This document shows, piece after piece, positions 1-9,051 of a stretch of 64,000 bases of DNA. The position numbers were made by a program, and so were the translations under genes. The stretch is from Patescibacteria group bacterium. GTDB taxonomy: Bacteria; Patescibacteriota; Minisyncoccia; RBG-13-40-8-A. Every line of letters starts with the position of its first letter. Within the stretch, counting starts at the first letter, position 1. Below the pieces are notes generated by a model that did not search any database, had not been told where the DNA came from, and saw only the letters and a list, made by a program, of their open reading frames with translations. The stretch lies in assembly GCA_018897295.1 (NCBI GenBank), contig JAHILA010000014.1, forward strand, positions 3,390-67,389. Direction: 5' to 3'.

Positions 1-1
1 A

Positions 2-1699
2 TTGATTGATCCAGCTGTTTTAAATAGCTTGGAGAAAGAAGCTGTGGAAACGAATAAGAATCTGGAAGAAATTATTTTAGGAAGAGAACTGATTAACGAA
101 ACAAAATTTTACGAACTTAAAAGTCAATTTTTAAAAGTTCCTTTTAAGGATTTGACTGATTATAAAGTTGAGCCAGAAATTTTTAAAATCGTTCCATTAG
201 AAACTGTCCAGCATTACCGCTTTGTTCCCATTAGTGTTGATACAAAGAAAAAAATATTAGAAGCAGGTATGCTTAATCCGGATAATATTGACGCTAAAGA
301 GGCATTAAAGTTCGTTGCCCACCGCAATAATTTAACGCCCAAAATTTTTATTATTACTCTCACCGATTTTAAGAATATCCTTAAAGAATATTCAAGTTTG
401 AAGGGCGAAGTTAAGGAAGCATTAGATGAGCTTAAAAAGGAAATAGAAGAAGAGAAAAAAAATGTTCCTGAAAAAACCGGAAAAGAAGAAATAGAAAAAA
501 TCGCTGAAGATGCGCCAATTACCAGAGTCGTGGCGCTGATTATTAAGCATGCAATTGAACAAAGGGCGTCAGATATCCATATTGAGCCAGAAGAAAAATC
601 AACCAGAGTCCGTTTTAGGGTAGATGGAGTCTTAAAGATTAACCTGATTTTGCCTTTGCGCATTCATCTAGCTATTATTTCAAGGATAAAAATTCTTTCC
701 AATCTAAAAATAGACGAAACCAGAAAACCGCAGGATGGAAGATTTTTTACCGAAACTATGGGGAAGAAAATTGATTTCCGTATTTCTACTCTGCCTACTT
801 ATGCTGGGGAAAAAGTGGTGATGAGAATCCTTGATCCTACAGTGGGATTGAAAAGCTTGGCGGATTTAGGCCTTGAGGACAGAAATTTGGAAATTATTAA
901 TAGGTCAATTAAGAAACCGAATGGATTAATTCTCGTAACTGGTCCGACTGGCTCCGGAAAAACAACCACTCTTTACAGTATTTTGCATCTTTTAAATCAG
1001 GAAGGAGTGAATATTATTAGTTTAGAAGATCCTATTGAATATTATATTGACGGTATAAGCCAGTCCCAGGTTAGGCCGGAAATCGGTTATACTTTTGCCA
1101 ATGGCCTCCGTTCTATTTTGCGCCAGGACCCCGATAAAATCATGGTCGGAGAAATTCGCGATGGTGAAACAGCAGCTCTGGCAGTCCATGCAGCCCTGAC
1201 AGGACATTTGGTTCTGGCGACTTTGCATACCAATGATGCTATGGGTGTGATTCCGCGCTTGATTGATATGGGAGTTGACCGCTACCTGATTCCGCCGACC
1301 CTGATTGTAGCCATAGCTCAAAGATTGGTTCAAAGATTATGCCCAGAAAGCAGGAAAGAAGTTAAGCCGTCAGCAGATATTATGGGATTGATAGATGAAG
1401 AACTCTCAGGCGTCAATGTAGAAACTTTAAAACGATTTAACATTAAAAAACCCTATACTCTTTACGAACCTCAGCTTTCCAAAGAATGTCCCAGGGGGAC
1501 GAAGGGTCGAGTTGGAGTTTTTGAGATAATAGAAATGACTAGCCAGCTGGAAGAAATTATTTTAAAAGACCCGTCTGAAACCAAGATTAGAGAAGAGGCA
1601 AAAAGACAAGGCATGACTACTATGCTTCAGGATGGAGTCATAAAAGCACTCAGAGGATTAGTTGGTTTAGAAGAAGTGAGAAGAGAGGTTGAGGATTAA
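2..1699 (+). CDS. pilB: Type IV pilus assembly ATPase, PilB/GspE family. The 5' end is cut by the window edge.
   Basis: Walker A GPTGSGKTTT and a Walker B/His-box region (LATLHTND). An N-terminal GspII_E_N-like region is present. It precedes the pilT and pilC genes. Confidence 0.9.
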   Translation: MIDPAVLNSLEKEAVETNKNLEEIILGRELINETKFYELKSQFLKVPFKDLTDYKVEPEIFKIVPLETVQHYRFVPISVDTKKKILEAGMLNPDNIDAKEALKFVAHRNNLTPKIFIITLTDFKNILKEYSSLKGEVKEALDELKKEIEEEKKNVPEKTGKEEIEKIAEDAPITRVVALIIKHAIEQRASDIHIEPEEKSTRVRFRVDGVLKINLILPLRIHLAIISRIKILSNLKIDETRKPQDGRFFTETMGKKIDFRISTLPTYAGEKVVMRILDPTVGLKSLADLGLEDRNLEIINRSIKKPNGLILVTGPTGSGKTTTLYSILHLLNQEGVNIISLEDPIEYYIDGISQSQVRPEIGYTFANGLRSILRQDPDKIMVGEIRDGETAALAVHAALTGHLVLATLHTNDAMGVIPRLIDMGVDRYLIPPTLIVAIAQRLVQRLCPESRKEVKPSADIMGLIDEELSGVNVETLKRFNIKKPYTLYEPQLSKECPRGTKGRVGVFEIIEMTSQLEEIILKDPSETKIREEAKRQGMTTMLQDGVIKALRGLVGLEEVRREVED

Positions 1700-1704
1700 A
1701 ATTT

Positions 1705-2775
1705 ATGAAAGATTACAAACCACAACTCGACGAATTGTTGCAGGCAGCAGGAAAACATAGTGCCTCGGATATTCATATTTCTGTAGGTAGGTATCCGACT
1801 TTGAGAATTGACGGCCGGCTAGTAGCTTTAGATAAATATCCTGTTTTGACTGGTGAAAATACAGAGGGGCTAATTTATACTTTACTTTCTGAACAACATA
1901 AGCAAACCCTGCTAGAGAAAAAAGAAGTTGATTTTTCCTATAATTATGAAGATAAGGCCCGTTTCAGAATAAATGCATATTTTCAAAGAGGGTATCTTTC
2001 AGCTGCCTTGCGATTTTTCCCGCCAGAAATAAGGACAATAAAACAATTAAATCTTCCTCCGATTTTAGAAACATTTGTTAAATTATCACAGGGATTATTT
2101 TTGGTGACCGGTCCTTCGGGGCATGGCAAAACCACAACTCTGGCTGCTTTGATTGATTTAATAAACCATACCCAGACAAAACATATTATTACCATTGAAG
2201 ATCCGATTGAATATATGCTTGAGCAAGATAAAAGCATCATTGACCAAAGAGAGGTAGGCAATGATACATTAAACTTTAAAAGAGCTTTGCGCGCTGCCTT
2301 AAGGCAGGATCCTGATGTGATAATGATAGGAGAAATGCGGGACCTGGAAACAATTTCAACAGCATTAACTGCGGCTGAAACTGGGCATTTGGTTTTGGCA
2401 ACTTTACATACTAACAGCGTTTCCCAAACCATTGACAGGATAATTGACAGTTTCCCGCCTAGGGCCGAGAAGCAAGTAAGAACCCAGCTGGCTTCTGTGC
2501 TTATAGGCGTTGCTTCCCAGCGTTTGATACCGAAGCCCGGCGGAGGAAGAATACCGGCAGTAGAGGTAATGATAGCCAATCCTGCAATTCGCAATTTAAT
2601 TCGTGAAGATAAAGTTTTCCAGATAGATTTAGTAATAGAAACCAGCGTCGAGGAAAAAATGATTTCTTTAAACAGATCTTTGGCAGATTTAGTTCACAAA
2701 GGAATGATTTCCATGGAAGACGCAGAAACATATTCTCTGAACCGGTCAGATTTAAAGATGTTGCTAGGAGCATAA
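1705..2775 (+). CDS. pilT: Twitching-motility (retraction) ATPase PilT
   Basis: 356 aa with Walker A GPSGHGKTTT and an ATLHTNS motif. The size and layout are typical of PilT/PilU and the gene sits directly downstream of pilB. Confidence 0.85.
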   Translation: MKDYKPQLDELLQAAGKHSASDIHISVGRYPTLRIDGRLVALDKYPVLTGENTEGLIYTLLSEQHKQTLLEKKEVDFSYNYEDKARFRINAYFQRGYLSAALRFFPPEIRTIKQLNLPPILETFVKLSQGLFLVTGPSGHGKTTTLAALIDLINHTQTKHIITIEDPIEYMLEQDKSIIDQREVGNDTLNFKRALRAALRQDPDVIMIGEMRDLETISTALTAAETGHLVLATLHTNSVSQTIDRIIDSFPPRAEKQVRTQLASVLIGVASQRLIPKPGGGRIPAVEVMIANPAIRNLIREDKVFQIDLVIETSVEEKMISLNRSLADLVHKGMISMEDAETYSLNRSDLKMLLGA

Positions 2776-2781
2776 TTTATT

Positions 2782-3990
2782 ATGAAATTTAATTATCAAG
2801 CCAGAACCAAGGAAGAGAAAACCCAAACTGGAATAATTGAAGCGGGAAGCAGGGAGTCAGCCATTGAAATTCTTCAGCGGCTTGATTTGGTTGTAATTTT
2901 TTTGGAGAAAACCTCTGCCATTCCTTTTTATGCCCGTACATTAAAAATTTTCCAAAAAGTAAAAGTAAAAGAACTGACACTTTTCTACCGCCAGTTGTCA
3001 ATTCTTTTTGAAGCAAATGTTTCACCACTAGATTCTCTGGGGATTCTGGCTAAACAAATTATCAATCCGCTTTTTAAAGAGGTGATATTGCAGGTGGAAG
3101 GTGATGTTAAGGGGGGAGAATCGCTGTCCCAGGCATTGGGAAAACATCCGAAAGTTTTTTTCTCTTTTTATGTGAATGTAGTGAAAGCTGGCGAAGCAAC
3201 AGGAAATCTGTCCGATGTTTTAAAATATCTGGCTGACCATGCTGAAAGGGAATACAATTTAACCAGTAAAGTAAAAGGAGCATTTACTTATCCCATAGCG
3301 ATATTTGCTATGTTTTTGGTGGTTGGGACTTTAATGATGATTTTCGTTGTCCCTCAGCTGACATCAATGATTCAGGAATTGGGGCAAGAGCTGCCTATGC
3401 CGACTAGGGTTTTAATTTTCGTGAGCAACATACTACGTTCTTGGCTTTGGCTTGTTGTTTTGATTATCATTGGTTTGGTTGTAGCAATAGGGAGGTTTGT
3501 AAGGACGCCAAATGGTCGTTTTATTCTTGATACTGCAAAATTAAAAATCCCGATTTTTGGCGAACTTTTTAAGAAAATATATTTGGCAAGATTTTCAGAA
3601 AATTTAAGAACTCTTTTAAAGGGAGGAATTTCCATATTAAAAGCATTAGAGATTACCGGAGCGGTTATCGGAAACAAAATTTACGAAAACATAATTAAAG
3701 AAGCCAGAGAAAAAGTGAGAATCGGAGAAACGATAAGTATTGCTTTATCAAATTATCCAAAAGAAATTCCTCCGATGGTTACGCAAATGGTTTCAGTGGG
3801 AGAAAAGACAGCTCAATTGGATATTATTTTGGATAAGGTTGCCAATTTTTACCAGCAGGATGTTGATAGGATGGTTAACAACATGACTCAGCTTATTGAA
3901 CCGATAATGATTTTAATTTTAGGCGGCGGCGTAGGATTTTTAATTACCTCAATTTTGATGCCCATTTATAACATGACATCGGGAATGTGA
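2782..3990 (+). CDS. pilC: Type IV pilus inner-membrane platform protein PilC/GspF
   Basis: 402 aa polytopic membrane protein with two GspF-like repeats. It lies in the pilB-pilT-pilC order. Confidence 0.85.
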   Translation: MKFNYQARTKEEKTQTGIIEAGSRESAIEILQRLDLVVIFLEKTSAIPFYARTLKIFQKVKVKELTLFYRQLSILFEANVSPLDSLGILAKQIINPLFKEVILQVEGDVKGGESLSQALGKHPKVFFSFYVNVVKAGEATGNLSDVLKYLADHAEREYNLTSKVKGAFTYPIAIFAMFLVVGTLMMIFVVPQLTSMIQELGQELPMPTRVLIFVSNILRSWLWLVVLIIIGLVVAIGRFVRTPNGRFILDTAKLKIPIFGELFKKIYLARFSENLRTLLKGGISILKALEITGAVIGNKIYENIIKEAREKVRIGETISIALSNYPKEIPPMVTQMVSVGEKTAQLDIILDKVANFYQQDVDRMVNNMTQLIEPIMILILGGGVGFLITSILMPIYNMTSGM

Positions 3991-3996
3991 TATAAT
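3988..3996 (+). promoter_or_regulatory. Extended -10 element (TGaTATAAT) in front of the major pilin gene. It overlaps the pilC stop codon.
   Basis: The sequence gTGaTATAAT was read directly about 55 nt upstream of the pilin ATG. Confidence 0.35.
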
Positions 3997-4048
3997 ATAA
4001 TTAAGAAGAAAAGGTCGATTAAAAACGATAAAGTAACAAATTACTTCT

Positions 4049-4504
4049 ATGAGAAAATCTAAAGGTTTTACCCTAATCGAACTTTTGGTTGTTATTGCTA
4101 TTATCGGTATTTTATCAACCATTGTTTTGGTATCATTGAATTCTGCTAGGCAGAAGGCCAGAGATACTCGTAGGCTTGGCGACATAAGACAAGTGGCATT
4201 GGCTTTGGAAATGTATTACGATGATAATGCTTCTTATCCTTCTGTAACCGGCTGTACAGCAGCCAATTGGACCGGGACCCTGGCAACAGCCATTCGGACG
4301 GGCGGTTATATGACTGCACTTCCAATTGATCCGCTGAATTCCGGCAACAATGTTTATATGTTCGGCAGCATTGGCACAAATTACGCATTAAAAGCAACAC
4401 TGGAAAATAATAATGTCGCCTTAAAAGCCGATGTTGACGGTACGGCCATATCCTGTACTTGCAATGATTCGATACCGCCATATTATTATTGCATCCAGCC
4501 ATAA
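4049..4504 (+). CDS. Type IV pilin, major pilin candidate. It has a class III prepilin signal (KGFTLIELLVVIAIIGIL).
   Basis: A short basic leader is followed by G|FTLIE with Glu at +5 and an N-terminal hydrophobic helix. The 151 aa product has C-terminal cysteines. Confidence 0.85.
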   Translation: MRKSKGFTLIELLVVIAIIGILSTIVLVSLNSARQKARDTRRLGDIRQVALALEMYYDDNASYPSVTGCTAANWTGTLATAIRTGGYMTALPIDPLNSGNNVYMFGSIGTNYALKATLENNNVALKADVDGTAISCTCNDSIPPYYYCIQP

Positions 4505-4512
4505 TTTATGTT

Positions 4513-4578
4513 TTAGCTTAACAAACACATTCTGGTTCGATGTTACATCGGACCAGAGAAGTTTGCTAAGCTAATTTT
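4513..4578 (+). terminator. Nested hairpin followed by a T-run between the pilin gene and pilD. It may act as an attenuator or partial terminator.
   Basis: The outer stem is TTAGCTTA with TAAGCTAA. The inner stem is CTGGT(t)CGATGT with ACATCGGACCAG. It is followed by TTTTGT. Confidence 0.4.
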
Positions 4579-4583
4579 GTAAA

Positions 4584-5348
4584 ATGGTATTATTTTATAT
4601 TTTGATTTTTGTTTTTGGGGCAATTATTGGCAGTTTTTTGAATGTTATTATTTGCAGATTGAATACAGGAGAATCAATTTTAAAAAATCGCTCCCATTGT
4701 CCTTTCTGCAATAAAAAATTGGTCTGGTACGAATTGATTCCAATCATAAGTTTTATTATTCAGTTGGGAAAATGCCAGAATTGCCACAAAAAAATTTCCT
4801 GGCAATATCCATTAGTGGAATTTTTTACAGGAATAATTTTTTTCTCAATACTTATTACTCAATATTCGTTACTTAATACTTTGTTCTTGCTTCTTATTTC
4901 ATGTTTTTTAATAATTATTTTTGTTTACGACTTTAAGCATTATCTGGTTGCTGATATAATCATCTATCCAGCTATCATTGTCGCCTTTTTATACCAGCTC
5001 CAATTTCCAATTTCCAATTTCCAATTTCCAATTTTCAATTATTTGTTAGCCGGACTAATAGCTGGGGGATTTTTTCTGGCAATTGTTCTGATTTCTAAGG
5101 GTAAATGGATGGGGGTAGGCGATGTTAAAATCGGGGTTTTAATGGGATTGATTTTCGGGATGCCATGGGTGTTTATTGCTTTATCTCTGGCATTTTTCAT
5201 TGGGGCCATTGTTTCTGTGGCATTATTGGCGCTTAAAAAGAAGACGCTTCAATCAGAGATTCCTTTTGGTCCATTTTTGGTTCTCGCTACTTTTGTCGTT
5301 ATTTTTTGGGGAGATATTTTATTAAATTGGTATTTGAATCTATTTTAA
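4584..5348 (+). CDS. pilD: Prepilin peptidase / N-methyltransferase PilD (peptidase A24)
   Basis: An N-terminal GSFLNV motif and a CPFC...CQNC tetracysteine zinc site are present. The protein is polytopic and located in the pilus operon. Confidence 0.8.
   Translation: MVLFYILIFVFGAIIGSFLNVIICRLNTGESILKNRSHCPFCNKKLVWYELIPIISFIIQLGKCQNCHKKISWQYPLVEFFTGIIFFSILITQYSLLNTLFLLLISCFLIIIFVYDFKHYLVADIIIYPAIIVAFLYQLQFPISNFQFPIFNYLLAGLIAGGFFLAIVLISKGKWMGVGDVKIGVLMGLIFGMPWVFIALSLAFFIGAIVSVALLALKKKTLQSEIPFGPFLVLATFVVIFWGDILLNWYLNLF
5001..5035 (+). repeat. Heptanucleotide tandem repeat inside pilD: (CAATTTC)x3 followed by two degenerate units.
   Basis: Read directly as caatttc caatttc caatttc caatttt caattat. 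It encodes QFPISNFQFPIFNY. Confidence 0.7.
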
Positions 5349-5351
5349 TTT

Positions 5352-5909
5352 ATGAAAAGATTTAAAGGCTATGCCTACCGGCAGGCAGGATTTACGCTTA
5401 TTGAGGTATTGGTAATAATGTTTATTATTTCCACGCTTTCCACTGTGCTTGTGGTTAATTGGCGTAAGAATGAAAAGCGTTATCAGCTTCAGCGTTCAGC
5501 CCAGACAGTTGTTCAAAACTTCAGAAAAGTTCAAAGTATGTCTTTGGCAGGCAAGAATTTGTGTGATCAGGACTCTCCTTGCATCCCTCGGAATTATGGA
5601 GTTCATTTTGGGAAAACCACTTTAACCTCTTATGTCATTTTTGCCGATAAAAATAACAATGGTAAATATGCCAGCGCAGTGGAGACCAATGAACATATAG
5701 AAACAATCTATCTTGAGTCCGGCATAGAACTTTCGTTATCTGTGGACTTAGATGTTGTTTTCTCGGTTCCGGACGGATTCGTTATGATTAATGCGAAACC
5801 GCTGACTACTGAAGCATCTCTGACTATTAAGCGAAGCGGAACAACTTGCCCTTCTTCTAACTGTAAGATCATAATAATAAAGAAAAGTGGCCAAATAACA
5901 ATACAATGA
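5352..5909 (+). CDS. Minor pilin / pseudopilin (GspH/FimT-like)
   Basis: The prepilin N-terminus reads AGFTLIEVLV. The leader is unusually long (MKRFKGYAYRQAG). Confidence 0.7.
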   Translation: MKRFKGYAYRQAGFTLIEVLVIMFIISTLSTVLVVNWRKNEKRYQLQRSAQTVVQNFRKVQSMSLAGKNLCDQDSPCIPRNYGVHFGKTTLTSYVIFADKNNNGKYASAVETNEHIETIYLESGIELSLSVDLDVVFSVPDGFVMINAKPLTTEASLTIKRSGTTCPSSNCKIIIIKKSGQITIQ

Positions 5910-6415
5910 GAAAAATCATATTTGCCAATAAACGAGGTTTTACATTAATGGAAGTGATTGTTGCTGTGGCAATAATTATTACTGCATTGATTTCCTCGTT
6001 AGCATTAATCACTAGCAGTATTTCGAGCATCAGAGAAAATAAGTCAAAAATTATCGCAACAGGCCTTGCCCAAGAGGGCTTGGAAGTTGTTAGAAATATC
6101 AGAGACAATAATTGGCTTATTTATAAAAGAAAAGCTAATGACTGGAGAGACGGATTGTCAGCAGGAAATTATCGGGTTCAATTTGATCAAGAGAGTTTGC
6201 TTTCATTTAGTTCGGTGCCTTTAAAAATAAATACCACAGATGGACGTTATCAGTATTCCAATGGGAATAATACTATTTATTACAGAAAAATAATAATTCA
6301 GGATATAGACGTTGACCAATTTAAAGTAGTCGCTGAAATCAGTTGGCGAGAGGCGGGAAGAGATAATTTAATCAGCGCCGAAACCAGATTTTATAATTGG
6401 TTAAAAGAAGAGTGA
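5906..6415 (+). CDS. Minor pilin (PilV/GspI-like)
   Basis: The N-terminus reads RGFTLMEVIVAVAII. The gene is translationally coupled to its neighbours. Confidence 0.7.
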   Translation: MRKIIFANKRGFTLMEVIVAVAIIITALISSLALITSSISSIRENKSKIIATGLAQEGLEVVRNIRDNNWLIYKRKANDWRDGLSAGNYRVQFDQESLLSFSSVPLKINTTDGRYQYSNGNNTIYYRKIIIQDIDVDQFKVVAEISWREAGRDNLISAETRFYNWLKEE

Positions 6416-6416
6416 T

Positions 6417-6914
6417 ATGAAAAAGGCCATGCCTGCCGGCAGGCAGGGTTTTACATTAATAGAGCTTCTTGTTTCGATGTCCATATTCATAATAGTGATT
6501 ATGGTAGTTTTGGGTTTGTTTTCTGCAGCTATAAAAGCGCAGAGAAAAGCATTTGCTATGCAAGACGCCCAAGAAAATGCTAGATTTTTAATGGAATTTA
6601 TGGCTAAAGAAGTAAGGATGAGTGTAATTACTAGTAGTAATGGAACTTCACCCAATTTGACGCTTACGCGCTCTGACGGCGATAGTGTTACTTATAGTAT
6701 CAGTAGTAATAAAATTTACAGAAATAGTATTCAGGTAAGTTCTGATGAAGTTTATATTTCCGGAACTTTTTACACAGAAGGAGTTGGTTCTGAAGACGGC
6801 TTACAGCCAAAACTGACAATTGCGTTGAAGATTAAGACAACAGGCACTAAAGTCGAGGAAAGGGCCGAGATTAATATCCAAACTACTCTTTGCCAGAGAA
6901 ATCTTGATTTATGA
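6417..6914 (+). CDS. Minor pilin (PilW/GspJ-like)
   Basis: The N-terminus reads QGFTLIELLVSMSIF. The leader is long (MKKAMPAGRQ). Confidence 0.7.
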   Translation: MKKAMPAGRQGFTLIELLVSMSIFIIVIMVVLGLFSAAIKAQRKAFAMQDAQENARFLMEFMAKEVRMSVITSSNGTSPNLTLTRSDGDSVTYSISSNKIYRNSIQVSSDEVYISGTFYTEGVGSEDGLQPKLTIALKIKTTGTKVEERAEINIQTTLCQRNLDL

Positions 6915-7258
6915 AAAAATTAAAAAATAATAAAAAAGGGGCATCACTTCTTCTTGCGCTGTTGATTATATCAGCGGTTTTAAGTATTGCTTTCGGCATT
7001 TCGGAATTAAGTTTAGGAGAAATAAAGATTTCCCGCGATGCGCCTAAATCATTAATTGCTTATTATGCTGCTGATGCCGGAATTGAATGCCAAATGTTTG
7101 CCGACAGATTAAGCAAACCTAATTGTTCAAGCGCCTGCATAGATGTTAATTCTAAAATTTGTTATAAAATAACTATTTCTGGTGTTAGCCCAAAGAGAAC
7201 AATCAAATCTTCTGGCATATATCAGGATATAATAAGAGCTATCGAATTAACATATTGA
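6911..7258 (+). CDS. PilX-like minor pilin / pilus assembly protein
   Basis: A hydrophobic N-terminus and an AYYAADAGIE motif resemble the PilX_N signature. Confidence 0.55.
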   Translation: MKKLKNNKKGASLLLALLIISAVLSIAFGISELSLGEIKISRDAPKSLIAYYAADAGIECQMFADRLSKPNCSSACIDVNSKICYKITISGVSPKRTIKSSGIYQDIIRAIELTY

Positions 7259-8151
7259 TAAACATGATCAAACCAATTAAGAGTATTTTAAAAATCATTA
7301 AAAAACCGATTGTGGCTGCAATTTTAGTTTCTCTGATTATTGGTTTTATTGGCGGTTTTATTGGCGGATTTTTAGGCAAAGATTTTGTTTTTGGCAACAA
7401 ACAGGAAATTCCCGAAAGAGTTTTAAAAACAATTCCTGAAGTGGTTAAAGAAGTTTCACCAGCGGTAGTGAGTGTGATTATCAGTAAATATGTGCCGATT
7501 TTAGTACAGGAATATTACAATCCTTTTGGAGAAAACAGTCCTTTTAACATTATGATTCCGAGGATAGTTGAAAAAGGCAAAGAATTAAAAGAGGTCGGTG
7601 GGGGCAGTGGATTTATTGTTTCTTCTGACGGTATGATTGTGACTAATAAGCATGTGGTATTGGACGAAAAAGCCCAGTATACAGTTTTGGTCAATGACGG
7701 CAACAAGTATTCGGCCAAAGTTTTGGCCCGCGACCCAAATCAGGATATAGCAATTATAAAAATTGAGGCCAATGGCTTATCAACAGTTAATCTTGGTGAT
7801 TCTGACAGTATTGAGATAGGGCAAAGCGTGATTGCCATTGGCAATGCTTTGGGTGAATTCAGAAATACAGTCAGTGTAGGAATTATTTCTGGTTTAATGA
7901 GAACCATTACTGCTGGCGGAGGCGGGTTTGAAGAAAAATTGGAAGAAGTTATTCAGACAGATGCAGCAATTAATCTGGGAAATTCCGGCGGGCCATTGCT
8001 CAATCTTTTTGGCGAAGTAATCGGAATGAATACTGCTATGGCGACTGATGCGGAAAATATCGCTTTTGCAATTCCAGTAAACAAAATCAAGAAAGATATC
8101 TCAGACGTAGAAGCCACAGGAAAAATCAATAGTGAAAACAAAACAGAATAA
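7255..8151 (+). CDS. Membrane-anchored trypsin-like serine protease (S1C / HtrA-like) without a PDZ domain
   Basis: The His (TNKHVV), Asp (DIAIIKI) and Ser (GNSGGPL) catalytic triad motifs occur in the canonical order. An N-terminal TM segment is present. Confidence 0.75.
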   Translation: MINMIKPIKSILKIIKKPIVAAILVSLIIGFIGGFIGGFLGKDFVFGNKQEIPERVLKTIPEVVKEVSPAVVSVIISKYVPILVQEYYNPFGENSPFNIMIPRIVEKGKELKEVGGGSGFIVSSDGMIVTNKHVVLDEKAQYTVLVNDGNKYSAKVLARDPNQDIAIIKIEANGLSTVNLGDSDSIEIGQSVIAIGNALGEFRNTVSVGIISGLMRTITAGGGGFEEKLEEVIQTDAAINLGNSGGPLLNLFGEVIGMNTAMATDAENIAFAIPVNKIKKDISDVEATGKINSENKTE

Positions 8152-8222
8152 ATCAGTGTTTATGTTTATTGTTTATGTTTATTGCGGTTTATTACATTTA
8201 TATATCCTGTATTTGTATACAT

Positions 8223-8250
8223 TTCTTCACGATCGAGAAAAAGTGTATAT
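8223..8250 (+). promoter_or_regulatory. Copy 1 of a 28-bp motif, TTCTTcACGATCGaGAAAAagTGTATAT
   Basis: It is near-identical to the motif at 8900-8927 and contains the palindrome CGATCG and a TGTATAT(A) -10-like end. Confidence 0.5.
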
Positions 8251-8280
8251 TTTTTTAAAATAATATGTTATGATGTATTT

Positions 8281-8841
8281 ATGAAATATAAATTACCGTT
8301 TACTGAAAAATTACTTTGGGATTTATATAATTTCAGCCATAAGACAGGAAGATTAATACTTAAAGCGCTTCCTAAAAAACATGGGTTGCCTTTTTCTAGT
8401 TTTAATATATTTAGAGATGAATGGACGAGTGAAAATAAGAATAAATATCTAAGAAAACAAAGTAGGAAAAAATTTGCCCTTTTAGTTTATCGACTTAAAA
8501 AGCAAGGGTATCTAAAAAAATTAAAAATTAAAGATAATTCAGCAATTGCGATTACTCAACAAGGACTAGATAAGATTTTAAGGATTAATTTTAAATTAAT
8601 GGATAAAAAAATCAGAAAAGATAATAAGTGGCAGATGGTTTTATTTGATATCCCTGAGGATAAGAGAAGAGGTAGGGATTTGTTTAGAAATGAATTAAAG
8701 TATCTAGGGTATAAAATGCTTCAAAAAAGTATTTGGGTTTGCCCATATGACACATTAAAAGAAACTAAGGATTTGATTAAAAGATATAATTTAGGAATTT
8801 GGGTAGAATTGCTTTTAGTTAATAAAATTGGGTTAAAGTAG
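8281..8841 (+). CDS. Winged-helix + Cas2/PaaX_C-fold protein; putative transcriptional regulator
   Basis: The C-terminal segment WQMVLFDIPEDKRRGRDLFRNELKYLGYKMLQKSIWVC matches the Cas2 / PaaX_C core pattern (hydrophobic-YD-...-R...-G-Q-SV-C). Start is taken at the internal Met (MKYKLP) rather than the track start 8182. Confidence 0.5.
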   Translation: MKYKLPFTEKLLWDLYNFSHKTGRLILKALPKKHGLPFSSFNIFRDEWTSENKNKYLRKQSRKKFALLVYRLKKQGYLKKLKIKDNSAIAITQQGLDKILRINFKLMDKKIRKDNKWQMVLFDIPEDKRRGRDLFRNELKYLGYKMLQKSIWVCPYDTLKETKDLIKRYNLGIWVELLLVNKIGLK

Positions 8842-8899
8842 TTTGGATATTAATTTAATGTGTGAATTATATATACAGATTCTTACGATCGCGAAAATT

Positions 8900-8927
8900 T
8901 GTATATAATGAATATTGTTTTTTATTG
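8900..8927 (+). promoter_or_regulatory. Copy 2 of the 28-bp motif, TTCTTACGATCGcGAAAAttTGTATATA
   Basis: It is a direct repeat of 8223-8250 with 24 of 28 positions identical. Confidence 0.5.
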
Positions 8928-8948
8928 TTGTTTTTCGGTCAATTTTTC

Positions 8949-8977
8949 TTGACAAGATTTTTATTTGGGCGCATAAT
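8949..8977 (+). promoter_or_regulatory. Sigma70-like promoter: TTGACA, 17-nt spacer, CATAAT
   Basis: Read directly. It lies about 75 nt upstream of the ATG at 9052. A strong RBS (AAAGGAGG) follows. Confidence 0.55.
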
Positions 8978-9051
8978 ACCAATATACCCTAAAAGGGTAC
9001 GCAATTCCGCAAGGAATATGCACTTTATAAAAAAAAGGAGGAACAACTATA

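Noticed and set aside
214-663. Minus-strand ORFs embedded in pilB, pilT and pilC. The same applies to most other antisense ORFs of 60-200 aa in the track, such as 1983-2594, 10382-10678, 16054-16356 and 40496-40909.
   Set aside because: They lie entirely inside well-supported genes on the opposite strand. They have no RBS or promoter signals and their translations are low-complexity. They are shadow ORFs.
8157-8188. Tandem 13-bp repeat (gtttatgtttatt x2) downstream of the protease gene
   Set aside because: It has only two units in AT-rich low-complexity intergenic DNA. This is probably a slippage artefact with no obvious functional context.
8150-8930. Possible CRISPR locus, considered because of the Cas2-like fold protein and the repeated 28-bp motifs
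   Set aside because: There are only two motif copies about 650 bp apart, each in a promoter position. There is no regular repeat-spacer periodicity and no cas1 or other cas genes anywhere in the window.
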